Below, in pieces: positions 14,905-23,737 of a stretch of DNA of 64,000 nt. Both the position numbers and the translations under genes were made by a program. The number at the start of each line of letters is the position of its first letter. Positions within the stretch are counted from its first letter, which is position 1. The stretch comes from Candidatus Levybacteria bacterium RIFCSPHIGHO2_01_FULL_41_15 (lineage in GTDB: Bacteria > Patescibacteriota > Microgenomatia > Levybacterales > UBA12049): positions 444-64,443 of the forward strand of contig MFNV01000006.1 in assembly GCA_001782165.1 (NCBI GenBank), given 5' to 3'. The notes under the pieces are model-generated. The model made no database searches. It saw only the letters and a program-made list of their open reading frames with translations, and had not been told where the DNA came from.

Positions 14905-15918
14905 TTATTTTTTCGCAATGCTTCTTTTATAAAGTTCGATGTTTTCAAGAGCAACACCTGTACCTCTTACGACGCAAAGAAGAGCTTCTTCTGCAACATG
15001 GCAGGGAACACCCGTCAATTTGGTGATAAGCTTATCCAGATTTTTAAGAAGAGACGTCCCTCCGCTTAAGACGACTCCTTTGTCAATTATGTCACTTGCA
15101 AGTTCCGGCGGTGTCTGTTCCAAAACTCCCTTGATTGCCGATATAATTTCCAGAAGCACAGGTTGTATAGCTTCGTTTATCTGAACTTCCGTAAGTTCGA
15201 CGGTCCGGGGCAATCCTGTTATACTGTCTCTCCCTCGAATTTCCATCTTCTTTGTTTCTTTTGAGGGATTTTCTATAAGAGCATTTCCCAGCTCAATTTT
15301 TATCTCCTCGGCTGTTCTTTCCCCCACCAAAAGATTAAATTTTTTCTTGGTAAAATTTGCGATTACCTCATCAATCTTATTCCCTCCGACTCTTACTGAA
15401 TTGTGAACTACAACTCCGCCTAGAGATATTACAGCGGCCTCGGTCGAACCACCTCCCATATCAACAACCATGTGTCCTGCTGCCTGAGCAATAGGAATTT
15501 TTGCACCAATTGCTGCAGCAAGGGGTTCTTCTATAAGATATGCAACTTTTGCTCCAGCCGCCATTGTGGCGTCAAGGACAGCACGTCTTTCGACCTGTGT
15601 GACTCCGGAGGGTATGCAAACCATAACCTCAGGCTTGAAGAATCGGGATTTTCCCGCTGCTTTATCTATAAAATAAGAAAGCATTGCTTCTGTAATAGTA
15701 TAATCAGCAATCACTCCGTCCCTAAGCGGTCTTTGGGCAACAATATTTCCTGGAGTCCGTCCGAGCATTTCTTTTGCTTCACGTCCTACCGCAACTACCC
15801 TATTTTCCTCAGCCGTAACCGCGACCACAGTAGGCTCATTGAGAACGATTCCCTCCCCAGCAAGATAAACAAGGGTGTTCGCAGTACCTAAATCAATACC
15901 TATACGTTTAGAAAGCAT
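14905..15918 (-). CDS. mreB: Rod shape-determining protein MreB
   Basis: IGIDLGTANT, RPLRDGVIAD, EEPLAAAIGA, VDMGGGSTE, TPPELASDI. Confidence 0.97.
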   Translation of the reverse strand: MLSKRIGIDLGTANTLVYLAGEGIVLNEPTVVAVTAEENRVVAVGREAKEMLGRTPGNIVAQRPLRDGVIADYTITEAMLSYFIDKAAGKSRFFKPEVMVCIPSGVTQVERRAVLDATMAAGAKVAYLIEEPLAAAIGAKIPIAQAAGHMVVDMGGGSTEAAVISLGGVVVHNSVRVGGNKIDEVIANFTKKKFNLLVGERTAEEIKIELGNALIENPSKETKKMEIRGRDSITGLPRTVELTEVQINEAIQPVLLEIISAIKGVLEQTPPELASDIIDKGVVLSGGTSLLKNLDKLITKLTGVPCHVAEEALLCVVRGTGVALENIELYKRSIAKK

Positions 15919-15956
15919 AAATTTTTAATTGCTGGGTTGTTTCATTGTTAAATTCA

Positions 15957-16076
15957 AAATTCAAAGCATCAAATTCTAAATAATATCCAATATCAAATTA
16001 TTTAAAATTCAAGACGGTTTTGGTAATTAGAATTTTGGATTTTGAATTTATTTGGGATTTATAATTTTGCATTTCG
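15957..16076. repeat. ~120-bp heptamer-built imperfect palindrome (MITE-like), copy 1
   Basis: aaattcaaagcatcaaattctaaataat...ttagaattttggattttgaatttatttgggattt aligns with 47238-47357 and with the reverse complement of 21476-21598. Confidence 0.7.
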
Positions 16077-16276
16077 ACTTTTGAGTTTTGACTTAGTTTA
16101 GTATGTCAAAATACTATCTTAATAGATCAAAGAACTCTTGTCCTGTATGATCGATTATATATACACTTAATATCTCTTGCAAGACCTATTATCAGTCGCT
16201 GCCCGACGCGCAACCTCTTTGCCAATATTACAGATCGACCTTGCGAAGTCATTGCGGGCGGGGTATAATTCTTTTG

Positions 16277-17461
16277 ATGAAAAAAATAGTTCTCACGCTC
16301 TTAATCCTTATCCTTCTTTTGTCAGCCACCGCAGCAATCATTTTTTATGCAACGGGGTGGCGGCTGTCATTCAATAAGGGGCGCCCGGACCTTTCGGGAA
16401 CGGGGCTTTTGGTCACAACAAGCAATCCTGACGGAGCTTCGGTATTCATAGACGATCATCTCACAACAGCAACAGACAATACTATAAACCTGTCTCCCGG
16501 AACCTACAATGTAAAGATTTTTAAAGATGGTTACTTTCCGTGGCAGAAAAAGTTGGTCATTGAAAAGGGTGTTGTTGCCAAAGCAGAGGCTTTATTATTT
16601 CCGACTGCACCCAAGCTTGAAAGCATTGCCAATCTTGGAGCAAACGGCCCCGTTCTTGACCCTTCTAGAACCAGGGTTGCCTATACTGTCTCTTCTCAAA
16701 GTGTCAGAAAAAACGGTGTTTATATCTTGGACATGACGACAAGGCCAATACTTACACTTCAAAGCTCCTCTACGCAAATTGCAGATGACACCCTTGATCT
16801 ATTCTCAGTTGCAAAACTTACGTGGGCGCCCGATGGATCTTCATTAATCGCAAGTATCTCAGCCCAAGCATTATCAAACTATCTTCTTGTTTCAAATTCT
16901 TTCAATCAAACCCCAAGCGATGTCACAGCCACACTTTTAAGCGTAACTTCTTCTTGGGACAAGATCAAAGCTGATAGAGAAAAATCAGCAATGAACAGCA
17001 TGCCTTCAAAAGTAAGAATCTTAATCAAGGAAAATTTTAAAATAATTGAGTGGTCACCAGACGAGACAAAGTTACTTTATGAAGCCTCTTCCTCGGCCAC
17101 CCTTCCTATCATTATTAAGCCTCGCATCATAGGCCCAAACCCCACTCCCGAAACTCGAGATATAAAAAGAGGACAGGTTTATATTTACGACGTAAGGGAA
17201 GATAGAAATTACAAGATAAAAGATTCGATTGATGAGAGAGAAAAGATTACCTGGTTTCCTGACTCAAGACATTTGATCTACGTCCATGAAAAGAAAATAG
17301 ATATCATGGAGTATGACGGACAAAACAAGACTACAGTATATGCCGGTCCTTTTCTGGACAACTACGTATTCCCATGGGGAGATATATCAAGAATTGTGAT
17401 TTTAACTAATTTGGGAAACCTCGATACTGTGGCAAATCTTTACACAATAAGCCTTAAGTAA
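16277..17461 (+). CDS. PEGA-domain protein with TolB-like beta-propeller, N-terminally anchored
   Basis: MKKIVLTLL TM; SNPDGASVFIDD...LSPGTYNVKIFKDGYFPW (PEGA); WAPDG/WSPDE/WFPDS propeller motifs. Confidence 0.85.
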   Translation: MKKIVLTLLILILLLSATAAIIFYATGWRLSFNKGRPDLSGTGLLVTTSNPDGASVFIDDHLTTATDNTINLSPGTYNVKIFKDGYFPWQKKLVIEKGVVAKAEALLFPTAPKLESIANLGANGPVLDPSRTRVAYTVSSQSVRKNGVYILDMTTRPILTLQSSSTQIADDTLDLFSVAKLTWAPDGSSLIASISAQALSNYLLVSNSFNQTPSDVTATLLSVTSSWDKIKADREKSAMNSMPSKVRILIKENFKIIEWSPDETKLLYEASSSATLPIIIKPRIIGPNPTPETRDIKRGQVYIYDVREDRNYKIKDSIDEREKITWFPDSRHLIYVHEKKIDIMEYDGQNKTTVYAGPFLDNYVFPWGDISRIVILTNLGNLDTVANLYTISLK

Positions 17462-17531
17462 ATACTACAAATATTACCAATAAATACCAATTTCCAATAT
17501 TGAAAACTTTGTTTATTTGAGATTGGTAGTA

Positions 17532-18236
17532 TTATTTAGGCTCTGCGAAGACTAATAAACGCTTCCAGGTCGTCCCGGGCGGCCAGCAGGTTTGAAGAAT
17601 TAAAACCTCTTTTCCGGTATTGCTTTTGGTTATAAAAGAAACATCCTCCGCATCAACCACTCTTGATTCGGTAACTACATAATTATGTCTTTGGTTTTCA
17701 AAGAAGATTGTCACATCATCCCCCTGTTCTAGATCTTTTAAGAGATAAAAAATTGCATTATACCGTCCCACATCCCAAAAGTTATCTGTGGAATGGGCAA
17801 AAAGATAAATGTTTCCCGCAAGTCCTGGGAAGAATGTCCCTTTCGCATGAGCGACTCCTTTTTGAAGGAAGGGCAGAAATTCTTTCTGATTTACCGGATC
17901 CGCATTCGCAAATACCTTAGCGCTTGCGCCAAGCTTGGGTATCAAAATACTAAAATTTGTATCTTTAGGTATCAAGATTTGTTCTTTTGGGCCTGTCAAA
18001 AGAGCGCCAAGCCTTCCGCCTGCCTGCGCCTCTTTGGATTTTCGCAAAAGTTCCCCAAACGGAGTTTCCTTATCGGCAACTGTGTAACTTATACCTCTTA
18101 TTTGAGTAATTTTAAAATAAATTTCATAATAGAGTGAAGGACCAAAAGTTGCCAAGACTCCAAAAATTGCAAAAAGAAGTAAAAAATTCCCAATTGTACG
18201 CAGGATCAAAAAGCGGATAATTTCATCCTTGCTCAT
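17532..18236 (-). CDS. Sortase
   Basis: N-terminal TM; GVAH, NIYLFAHS (His), LILQTCWPPG (Cys), KRLLV (Arg). Confidence 0.9.
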   Translation of the reverse strand: MSKDEIIRFLILRTIGNFLLLFAIFGVLATFGPSLYYEIYFKITQIRGISYTVADKETPFGELLRKSKEAQAGGRLGALLTGPKEQILIPKDTNFSILIPKLGASAKVFANADPVNQKEFLPFLQKGVAHAKGTFFPGLAGNIYLFAHSTDNFWDVGRYNAIFYLLKDLEQGDDVTIFFENQRHNYVVTESRVVDAEDVSFITKSNTGKEVLILQTCWPPGTTWKRLLVFAEPK

Positions 18237-18257
18237 AGATTAATAATAACAAAGAAG

Positions 18258-18436
18258 CGCTCCCGAGAGGAGTCGAACCTCCAATCTTTCCCTCCTGCTC
18301 GCCGAAACTTTGCGCCGCTGGAGAGAGTCGAACTCTCAGTCTTACCCTTAGGACGGGTCTGCTTTATCCTTTAAGCTACAACGGCCTGTGCAGGCGCGGT
18401 AGGACGGGACTGCTCTATCCATTGAGCTACGAGAGC
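18258..18436 (-). tRNA. tRNA-Arg(CCT) interrupted after position 37 by a 106-nt insertion (exons 18400-18436 and 18258-18293)
   Basis: Joined exons: GCTCTCG TA GCTC AATGGATA GAGC A GTCCC GT CCT A|A GGGAA AGATT GGAGG TTCGACT CCTCT CGGGAGC G, a 73-nt cloverleaf. Confidence 0.75.
18313..18385 (-). tRNA. Intact tRNA-Arg(CCT) nested inside the insertion of the outer tRNA-Arg
   Basis: GCCGTTG TA GCTT AAAGGATA AAGC A GACCC GT CCT AA GGGTA AGACT GAGAG TTCGACT CTCTC CAGCGGC G. Confidence 0.85.
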
Positions 18437-18454
18437 AAACCTAAGTATCTTAAG

Positions 18455-19021
18455 CTACTTAAGCGACTTAAGTCTATCATTTAACCTTCGTTTAAACAAG
18501 TTTTCCGAAAACCCACCCTCCTTAATAAATTTTTCCTCAAGAGCCTTAATTTGTCTATTTAAAAGGAAGGTCGCTTGATGACATAGAGTCAAAAGAAAAT
18601 TTGCCGCCTCTTGAGGATTCTCTGGCAAAATTGGTTTCTCTTTTAAGTTACCTAAGTCACTTAAGTTACTTAATGAGGTCAAACGAAAACTATTTTTCCT
18701 AAACTCCGCTATTCTTCTGTCTGTCTTTAACCAAATCTCCAATTTTCTTTGCCTTAAAAAATCTTCATAATCAGCTAGTAATTCTTCTAAAGATGCCATT
18801 GAAACACCAAGCAATTTAATTTCACCCTTTTTAGAAGTCTGACTCTGGCCCACTCCTTCAATAATATTCTGTTTCCCCGATCTTGCGGCTTGAATCATTT
18901 GCTCCCGATTGCGGCGGTTATCAAATCCATATAAAAACTTATTGCAAAATACAACAGTTAAATCATGGATTATTTCGCAGTATCGATAAGTTAAGAGATA
19001 TTTATATTTGGGCAGTGGCAT
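18455..19021 (-). CDS. Four helix bundle protein (23S rRNA IVP-like) with suffix domain
   Basis: REQMIQAARSGKQNIIEG, ASLEELLADYEDFLRQR, FIKEGGFSENL. Confidence 0.9.
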   Translation of the reverse strand: MPLPKYKYLLTYRYCEIIHDLTVVFCNKFLYGFDNRRNREQMIQAARSGKQNIIEGVGQSQTSKKGEIKLLGVSMASLEELLADYEDFLRQRKLEIWLKTDRRIAEFRKNSFRLTSLSNLSDLGNLKEKPILPENPQEAANFLLTLCHQATFLLNRQIKALEEKFIKEGGFSENLFKRRLNDRLKSLK

Positions 19022-19065
19022 TATTTGTATTTTATCAGCAAGAAAGCTAAAATACTAATGAAAAG

Positions 19066-19140
19066 CGGAGACTAGTTCATCGGTAGAACGCTCGGTTCGG
19101 GACCGAGAGGTAGAGGGTTCAATTCCCTCGTCTCCGACCA
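19066..19140 (+). tRNA. tRNA-Pro(CGG)
   Basis: CGGAGAC...CTCGG TT CGG GA CCGAG...GAGGG TTCAATT CCCTC GTCTCCG A CCA. Confidence 0.95.
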
Positions 19141-19271
19141 GGTTAAACCTTGAGTTTTGTGACCTATGATCTATGACGATCTATGACGATACGGGATCGG
19201 AAAGGGATCGTCTCGGGCTAAACTAACTCTCCGGAAAAATTTTTGATTTTTCCGACGTTTAGTTTTAATCT

Positions 19272-19574
19272 TTAACCTCCGTAGAGTAAAGTACCGAAAA
19301 AGATTGTGGCGCCAAGAATTACTCCTAGTATTCCGTTTACGATAATAACCTTCTCTTTATGGATAATTCCATAAGTAAACCAGATTATTGCGGTGAAAAC
19401 ATATGCAAGCCAAGTTATTGAAGAGACTCCCGCCACATTTTTCTTTGTATAAATATCAAATAACTGGGGAATAGTAATTAAAGGGCTTGCCGTTGCAACA
19501 ATCATTATGACCGCATTTAGGGATTTATGAAATATTGATGCATGCTTTTTGTGAACCGGATGCTGATGTAACAT
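19272..19574 (-). CDS. SemiSWEET/PQ-loop family membrane protein
   Basis: Three TM helices; IPQLFDIY, GVS, WFTYG, IIVN. Confidence 0.8.
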   Translation of the reverse strand: MLHQHPVHKKHASIFHKSLNAVIMIVATASPLITIPQLFDIYTKKNVAGVSSITWLAYVFTAIIWFTYGIIHKEKVIIVNGILGVILGATIFFGTLLYGG

Positions 19575-19638
19575 ATAATAAATATATCAGAAATAAAAAC
19601 TTATTGAAATTAAAACGTAGATATGTCAGAATTACAAA

Positions 19639-20367
19639 ATGGAAAAACTGACCAAGAAGCAGAGGAAAGAACTTAAGAAATTTGAGTGGCAAGAAAAATT
19701 AAAATCTCAAAAGAGAAATGAAATGCTTAAGAAAATTGCAATTTGGGCGGGAGCCGCGCTTCTTTTGATCTTATCTGTCTGGGGGCTTATTGCTCTTTCC
19801 AGTTCAAGTCCAGACCAACAAAATTCCTCAACCCGAATTCCGCAAGTCTCAAAGGAGGATATAAAAATCGGTTCGGAAAGTGCGCGAATCACTCTTGTCG
19901 AATATTCTGACTTTCAGTGCCCGGCATGCGCCGCATACCACCCCATGGTCAATCAACTAATTTCGGAATTTGAAGGGAGAATGCTTTTTGTTTACCGCTT
20001 TTTCCCTATTCAAAGCCATCAAAATGCAATGATTTCTGCCCAAAGTTCTTTAGCTGCACATAAGCAAGGCAAATTCTTTGAGATGTACAATCTTCTTTTT
20101 GACAACCAGAATTCCTGGGTAAACTCGTCAAACGCTGAAAAGATTTTTGTAGAATATGCCGGCAAACTCAATCTTGACATTGATAAATTCAAAAGCGATC
20201 TTAAGAAAGACGAAACTAAAAATCTTATAAACAACCAATATAGTCAGGCGATTGCGATTGGAGTAAACTCTACCCCGACTTTCTTTCTAAACGGAGTTAA
20301 AATCCAAAACCCGAGAACCTATGATGATTTTAAGAACCTGATTCAAAATGAACTTAATAAAAAGTAA
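19639..20367 (+). CDS. DsbA family thiol-disulfide oxidoreductase
   Basis: EYSDFQCPAC, GVNSTPTFFLNG, N-terminal TM. Confidence 0.93.
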   Translation: MEKLTKKQRKELKKFEWQEKLKSQKRNEMLKKIAIWAGAALLLILSVWGLIALSSSSPDQQNSSTRIPQVSKEDIKIGSESARITLVEYSDFQCPACAAYHPMVNQLISEFEGRMLFVYRFFPIQSHQNAMISAQSSLAAHKQGKFFEMYNLLFDNQNSWVNSSNAEKIFVEYAGKLNLDIDKFKSDLKKDETKNLINNQYSQAIAIGVNSTPTFFLNGVKIQNPRTYDDFKNLIQNELNKK

Positions 20368-20782
20368 AAAACTTTTTTTTATCCTTCTTATTCTTTCGTT
20401 TTTGGGTTTTCTGGATTCTGTCTATCTTACTATTCTTCATTATAAAAACGCATTCCCCCCTTGCAGTGTCACTTCAGGCTGCGAAGAAGTTTTGACTAGC
20501 GCTTATTCGATGCTAGGACCAATGCCGCTTGCTTTGTTTGGCAGTATTTTCTATCTCACGGTTATTGTTCTATGTCTTTTTCTAATTACAAACTATAAAA
20601 AAATATATCTTAATATATTAAATCTTTTGGTTTTCGCGGGTTTTATTGTTTCTGTTATTCTCCTCTTAATCCAGGCATTTATACTCCACTCTTTCTGCCA
20701 ATACTGTGTTTTGTCCGAAGTGATAACCACAGCACTTTTAATCCTTGTAGTTTTAAAATTTTGGGAGGGTAAAAGACGTTAA
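20348..20782 (+). CDS. Vitamin K epoxide reductase (VKOR) family protein
   Basis: CSVTSGCEEVLTSAYS and CQYC; adjacent to dsbA. Confidence 0.92.
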   Translation: MNLIKSKKLFFILLILSFLGFLDSVYLTILHYKNAFPPCSVTSGCEEVLTSAYSMLGPMPLALFGSIFYLTVIVLCLFLITNYKKIYLNILNLLVFAGFIVSVILLLIQAFILHSFCQYCVLSEVITTALLILVVLKFWEGKRR

Positions 20783-20893
20783 ACTCCTTCAGATCGCCAT
20801 TTCGAATGTCGAATGCACGAAAATTAATCTAAAATTTGAAATTTGAATTTTTCAATGAAAATTTAAAATTGAAAATTGAAAATTTCCTAGGGG

Positions 20894-21466
20894 CTAGATA
20901 TATTCCTCTACTCTTTTATATTCGTGGATCTCAGAAGGAGTAAACCAGAGAGTTTTCTCAAGATTTGCTTCTTCTAAACTGGCTGAAACGTGGACCAAAT
21001 TTTGCACTCCCCTTTTTTCATCATTGGCATAAGCGGCTGAGTCTGTTGAGAAATCCCCTCTTATAGTACCTGCAGGTGATTGAACTGGCATTGTAGGACC
21101 CGAAATTGAAAGGGCATTTTCGACTGCATGTTTTCCCTCCAAAATAAGAGCAACAATCGGCCCTGATTTAACGTAATCAAACAGCCACTTATTAACCATT
21201 TTACCAAGCTCTATTGGATCATCGGTGCCTAAGTCTTTTTTGGCATTCTTGCCGTATTGAGTATAGGTTCTAAGAGTTTTCTCTCCCCACCTCTTAAGCG
21301 TTGCTGGATTATTAGACTGGTAGTGCTTGACAAGAAGCTCATCCGAGGCTTTGACCATTTTCATTGCCACAATCTTAAGCCCCGTTCTTTCAAATCTTTT
21401 TATAATTTCCCCAACCAAACCTCTTTTTACTCCGTCGGGTTTTACGAAAACCATTGTCTGTTCCAC
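20894..21466 (-). CDS. ndk: Nucleoside diphosphate kinase
   Basis: EQTMVFVKPDGVKRGLVGEII, GTIRGDF, NLVHVS. Confidence 0.95.
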   Translation of the reverse strand: MEQTMVFVKPDGVKRGLVGEIIKRFERTGLKIVAMKMVKASDELLVKHYQSNNPATLKRWGEKTLRTYTQYGKNAKKDLGTDDPIELGKMVNKWLFDYVKSGPIVALILEGKHAVENALSISGPTMPVQSPAGTIRGDFSTDSAAYANDEKRGVQNLVHVSASLEEANLEKTLWFTPSEIHEYKRVEEYI

Positions 21467-21475
21467 AAACTATAA

Positions 21476-21598
21476 AATCCTAAATTCTAAATTACAAATC
21501 CTAAATAAATTCAAAATTTTAAATTCTAATATCAAAAGAGTTTTGAATTTTGAACATTTGAAATTTGATATTATTTGGAATTTGGTGCTTTGAGTTTG
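21476..21598. repeat. ~120-bp heptamer-built imperfect palindrome (MITE-like), copy 2 (inverted)
   Basis: Reverse complement aligns with 15957-16076 and 47238-47357. Confidence 0.7.
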
Positions 21599-21614
21599 TA
21601 ATTTTCATTCTCTG

Positions 21615-22904
21615 TTATAACTTTAGCAACTTTTCAAACCTTTGTCTATCGGGAAAATTCCCAATAACAGCAAGGTTAATCGAAGAGTTTACGAAATATT
21701 TCTTTGCGGCCGAAAGAACATCGTCCAGCCTCACCTTTTCTATTTTTGCAATCTGCTCTTGCGGACTGTCAATCTTGTCCTCAAGAATTTCCTGTATGCC
21801 GTAATATCCTGCCACAGCCCTTGAGTCTTCAAGTTCCAAAACAAAATGTCCTTTTAAAAATTCTTTGGATTTTGTAAGTTCCTTATTTGATATTTGCCCT
21901 GAGCTTGCCGAATGGGTGATATTTGATATTTTGTGATACTCATTGAGTATCACAGAGACCGCTTCATCAACTCTCTTAGGATCGACTCCTGCTGTTGAGA
22001 CTAAAGTTCCGCAGTCCTGGTAATGCTCAGAGCTTGTCCTCACATAATAAGCAAGTCCTCTTTTTTCCCGTACTTCATGAAAAAGTCTTGAGCTCATTCC
22101 TCCTCCAAGTACAGCCGCAAGGACCGAAAGAGGAAACCTGTCTTCGCTTCTTATCGGTGCAGTCCGAAAACCAATCGCAATATGGACCTGCTCTGTGTTT
22201 TTCTGCTTGACAAACACCTCCGGCTTTGACTGCTTTTCTACTACTTTTAAGTATCTTTTTATATCAAACGATTTCATCCTGCCGAAGTGTTTTTCGACAA
22301 GCTTTAGAACTTTTCCAGAGTCGATTCCTCCTGCAACAATAACCACCATGTTATCAGCACTATAGAGACTCTCCATGTAGGAAATAAAGTCATCCCGCGT
22401 AAGCTTGCCTATAACTTCTTTTCTTCCTGCTATATCCCAACCCATAGGCGAATCTCCATATAAAAGTCTTTCATAAACATCTCCGATTTTTCTTGCCGGA
22501 GTATCCTCATAAAGATTTATTTCCTCAATAATGACCCCTTTCTCTTTATTGATCTCCTCTTTTTTAAAAAGTGAGTTTTGGAGCATATCTGAGATTACAT
22601 CCAAAGAAAGTTCAAGATGATTTGAAGAAGATTTTATGTAATAGCCTGTTGTTTCTTTTCCTGTAAATGCATTAAACTCTCCTCCAATCCCATCAATTAG
22701 AGAAGAAATTTCCAAAGCTGAGGGTCTTTTTTGAGTCCCCTTGAAGGCCATGTGCTCAAGAAAATGGGAAACTCCGTTATTGCGGTCTGTTTCATATCTT
22801 GAGCCTGCGCCCACCAAAACCATTGCTGTTACGCTTTCTAATGAGGGCATTGGAATAGTGAGAACCCGCAGTCCATTTGATAAAACATGTTTCTTAAACT
22901 GCAT
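21615..22904 (-). CDS. M16 family (pitrilysin-like) zinc peptidase
   Basis: HFLEHMAFKGT, NAFT, LGGGMSSRLFHEVREKRGLAY. Confidence 0.95.
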   Translation of the reverse strand: MQFKKHVLSNGLRVLTIPMPSLESVTAMVLVGAGSRYETDRNNGVSHFLEHMAFKGTQKRPSALEISSLIDGIGGEFNAFTGKETTGYYIKSSSNHLELSLDVISDMLQNSLFKKEEINKEKGVIIEEINLYEDTPARKIGDVYERLLYGDSPMGWDIAGRKEVIGKLTRDDFISYMESLYSADNMVVIVAGGIDSGKVLKLVEKHFGRMKSFDIKRYLKVVEKQSKPEVFVKQKNTEQVHIAIGFRTAPIRSEDRFPLSVLAAVLGGGMSSRLFHEVREKRGLAYYVRTSSEHYQDCGTLVSTAGVDPKRVDEAVSVILNEYHKISNITHSASSGQISNKELTKSKEFLKGHFVLELEDSRAVAGYYGIQEILEDKIDSPQEQIAKIEKVRLDDVLSAAKKYFVNSSINLAVIGNFPDRQRFEKLLKL

Positions 22905-23044
22905 ATTAATATTTATAAATAGAACAAAAATGATCAGATATCCTGATCAGCAAAAATTATAATAGCACAACCAATTTACCCAGACAATACTTAAACTGCA
23001 AGAAAAATTGAAAAATAGGCGTTTCTAAACTATAATTCACCTCC

Positions 23045-23737
23045 ATGAGAAGACTTATATATATTCCGATGATACACGAAGCAGAACAGACTGTTTTTAG
23101 AAACACTTCCGATCAGATGAAAAGACTGAGGGTCACAATGCTTTGGAAAGAGATAGAAAAAGAAATTGATAAGTTAGATTTAGACAAACAAAAAGTTAAG
23201 ATATTCGCAGATGGAATTGCTCAAGGAAAAGAACTTATGGCACTTAGATCTGATCAACCGGGTACAACAATGAGAATAATAAGAAATCTTGTAGCCCATG
23301 GTGCGATTTTGATCGGTGTCGAGGATCCAAGATTGATTAGAGAACAAGCTGCTCTCCTGAGATTGGGAAACGCCTGTGAAAACAATTCTCCCACAGTAGG
23401 ACAGCTGGAGGGATTTGATTATTATGACCGTATGGTAGGATTGGTATCTGAAATTATGAATTGCGTAAAGAAAAGAGATAAAGTAATTGCAAAAGGAGTT
23501 GATAATAACATTCGCCAAGGAGAAACTGGAATCTTATTTCTGGGATACCAACACGATATTACTGCTTATCTAGCAAAAGATATTAAAGTAGAAGGTTTGA
23601 GTCCTGAAACCATGCTTTTGCATGATCAAATTGTAAGAGATCATTTTGCCAATGGAAGTTTTGAAGAATCTATTGAGAGATTCACCCGGCTAAGAGATTC
23701 TTTTGCTCCTCAAGGCCGCGGACCGGAAAAGAAATAA
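23045..23737 (+). CDS. Hypothetical protein
   Basis: 230-aa ORF with a -10 box (TATAAT) just upstream; RDKVIA...ILFLGYQH loosely resembles TraB/ChaN-like folds. Confidence 0.7.
   Translation: MRRLIYIPMIHEAEQTVFRNTSDQMKRLRVTMLWKEIEKEIDKLDLDKQKVKIFADGIAQGKELMALRSDQPGTTMRIIRNLVAHGAILIGVEDPRLIREQAALLRLGNACENNSPTVGQLEGFDYYDRMVGLVSEIMNCVKKRDKVIAKGVDNNIRQGETGILFLGYQHDITAYLAKDIKVEGLSPETMLLHDQIVRDHFANGSFEESIERFTRLRDSFAPQGRGPEKK

Noticed and set aside
15940-16100. CRISPR array
   Set aside because: The repeats are degenerate 7-mers without constant repeats and unique spacers, and no cas genes are present. No CRISPR array was found in the window.
18294-18399. Group I intron in tRNA-Arg
   Set aside because: The 106 nt are mostly occupied by a tRNA, leaving no room for a catalytic core.
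19160-19212. Short gatctatgac/gggatcg repeats after tRNA-Pro as an attachment site
   Set aside because: No duplicated tRNA 3' end was noticed elsewhere in the window; it looks like a low-complexity repeat.
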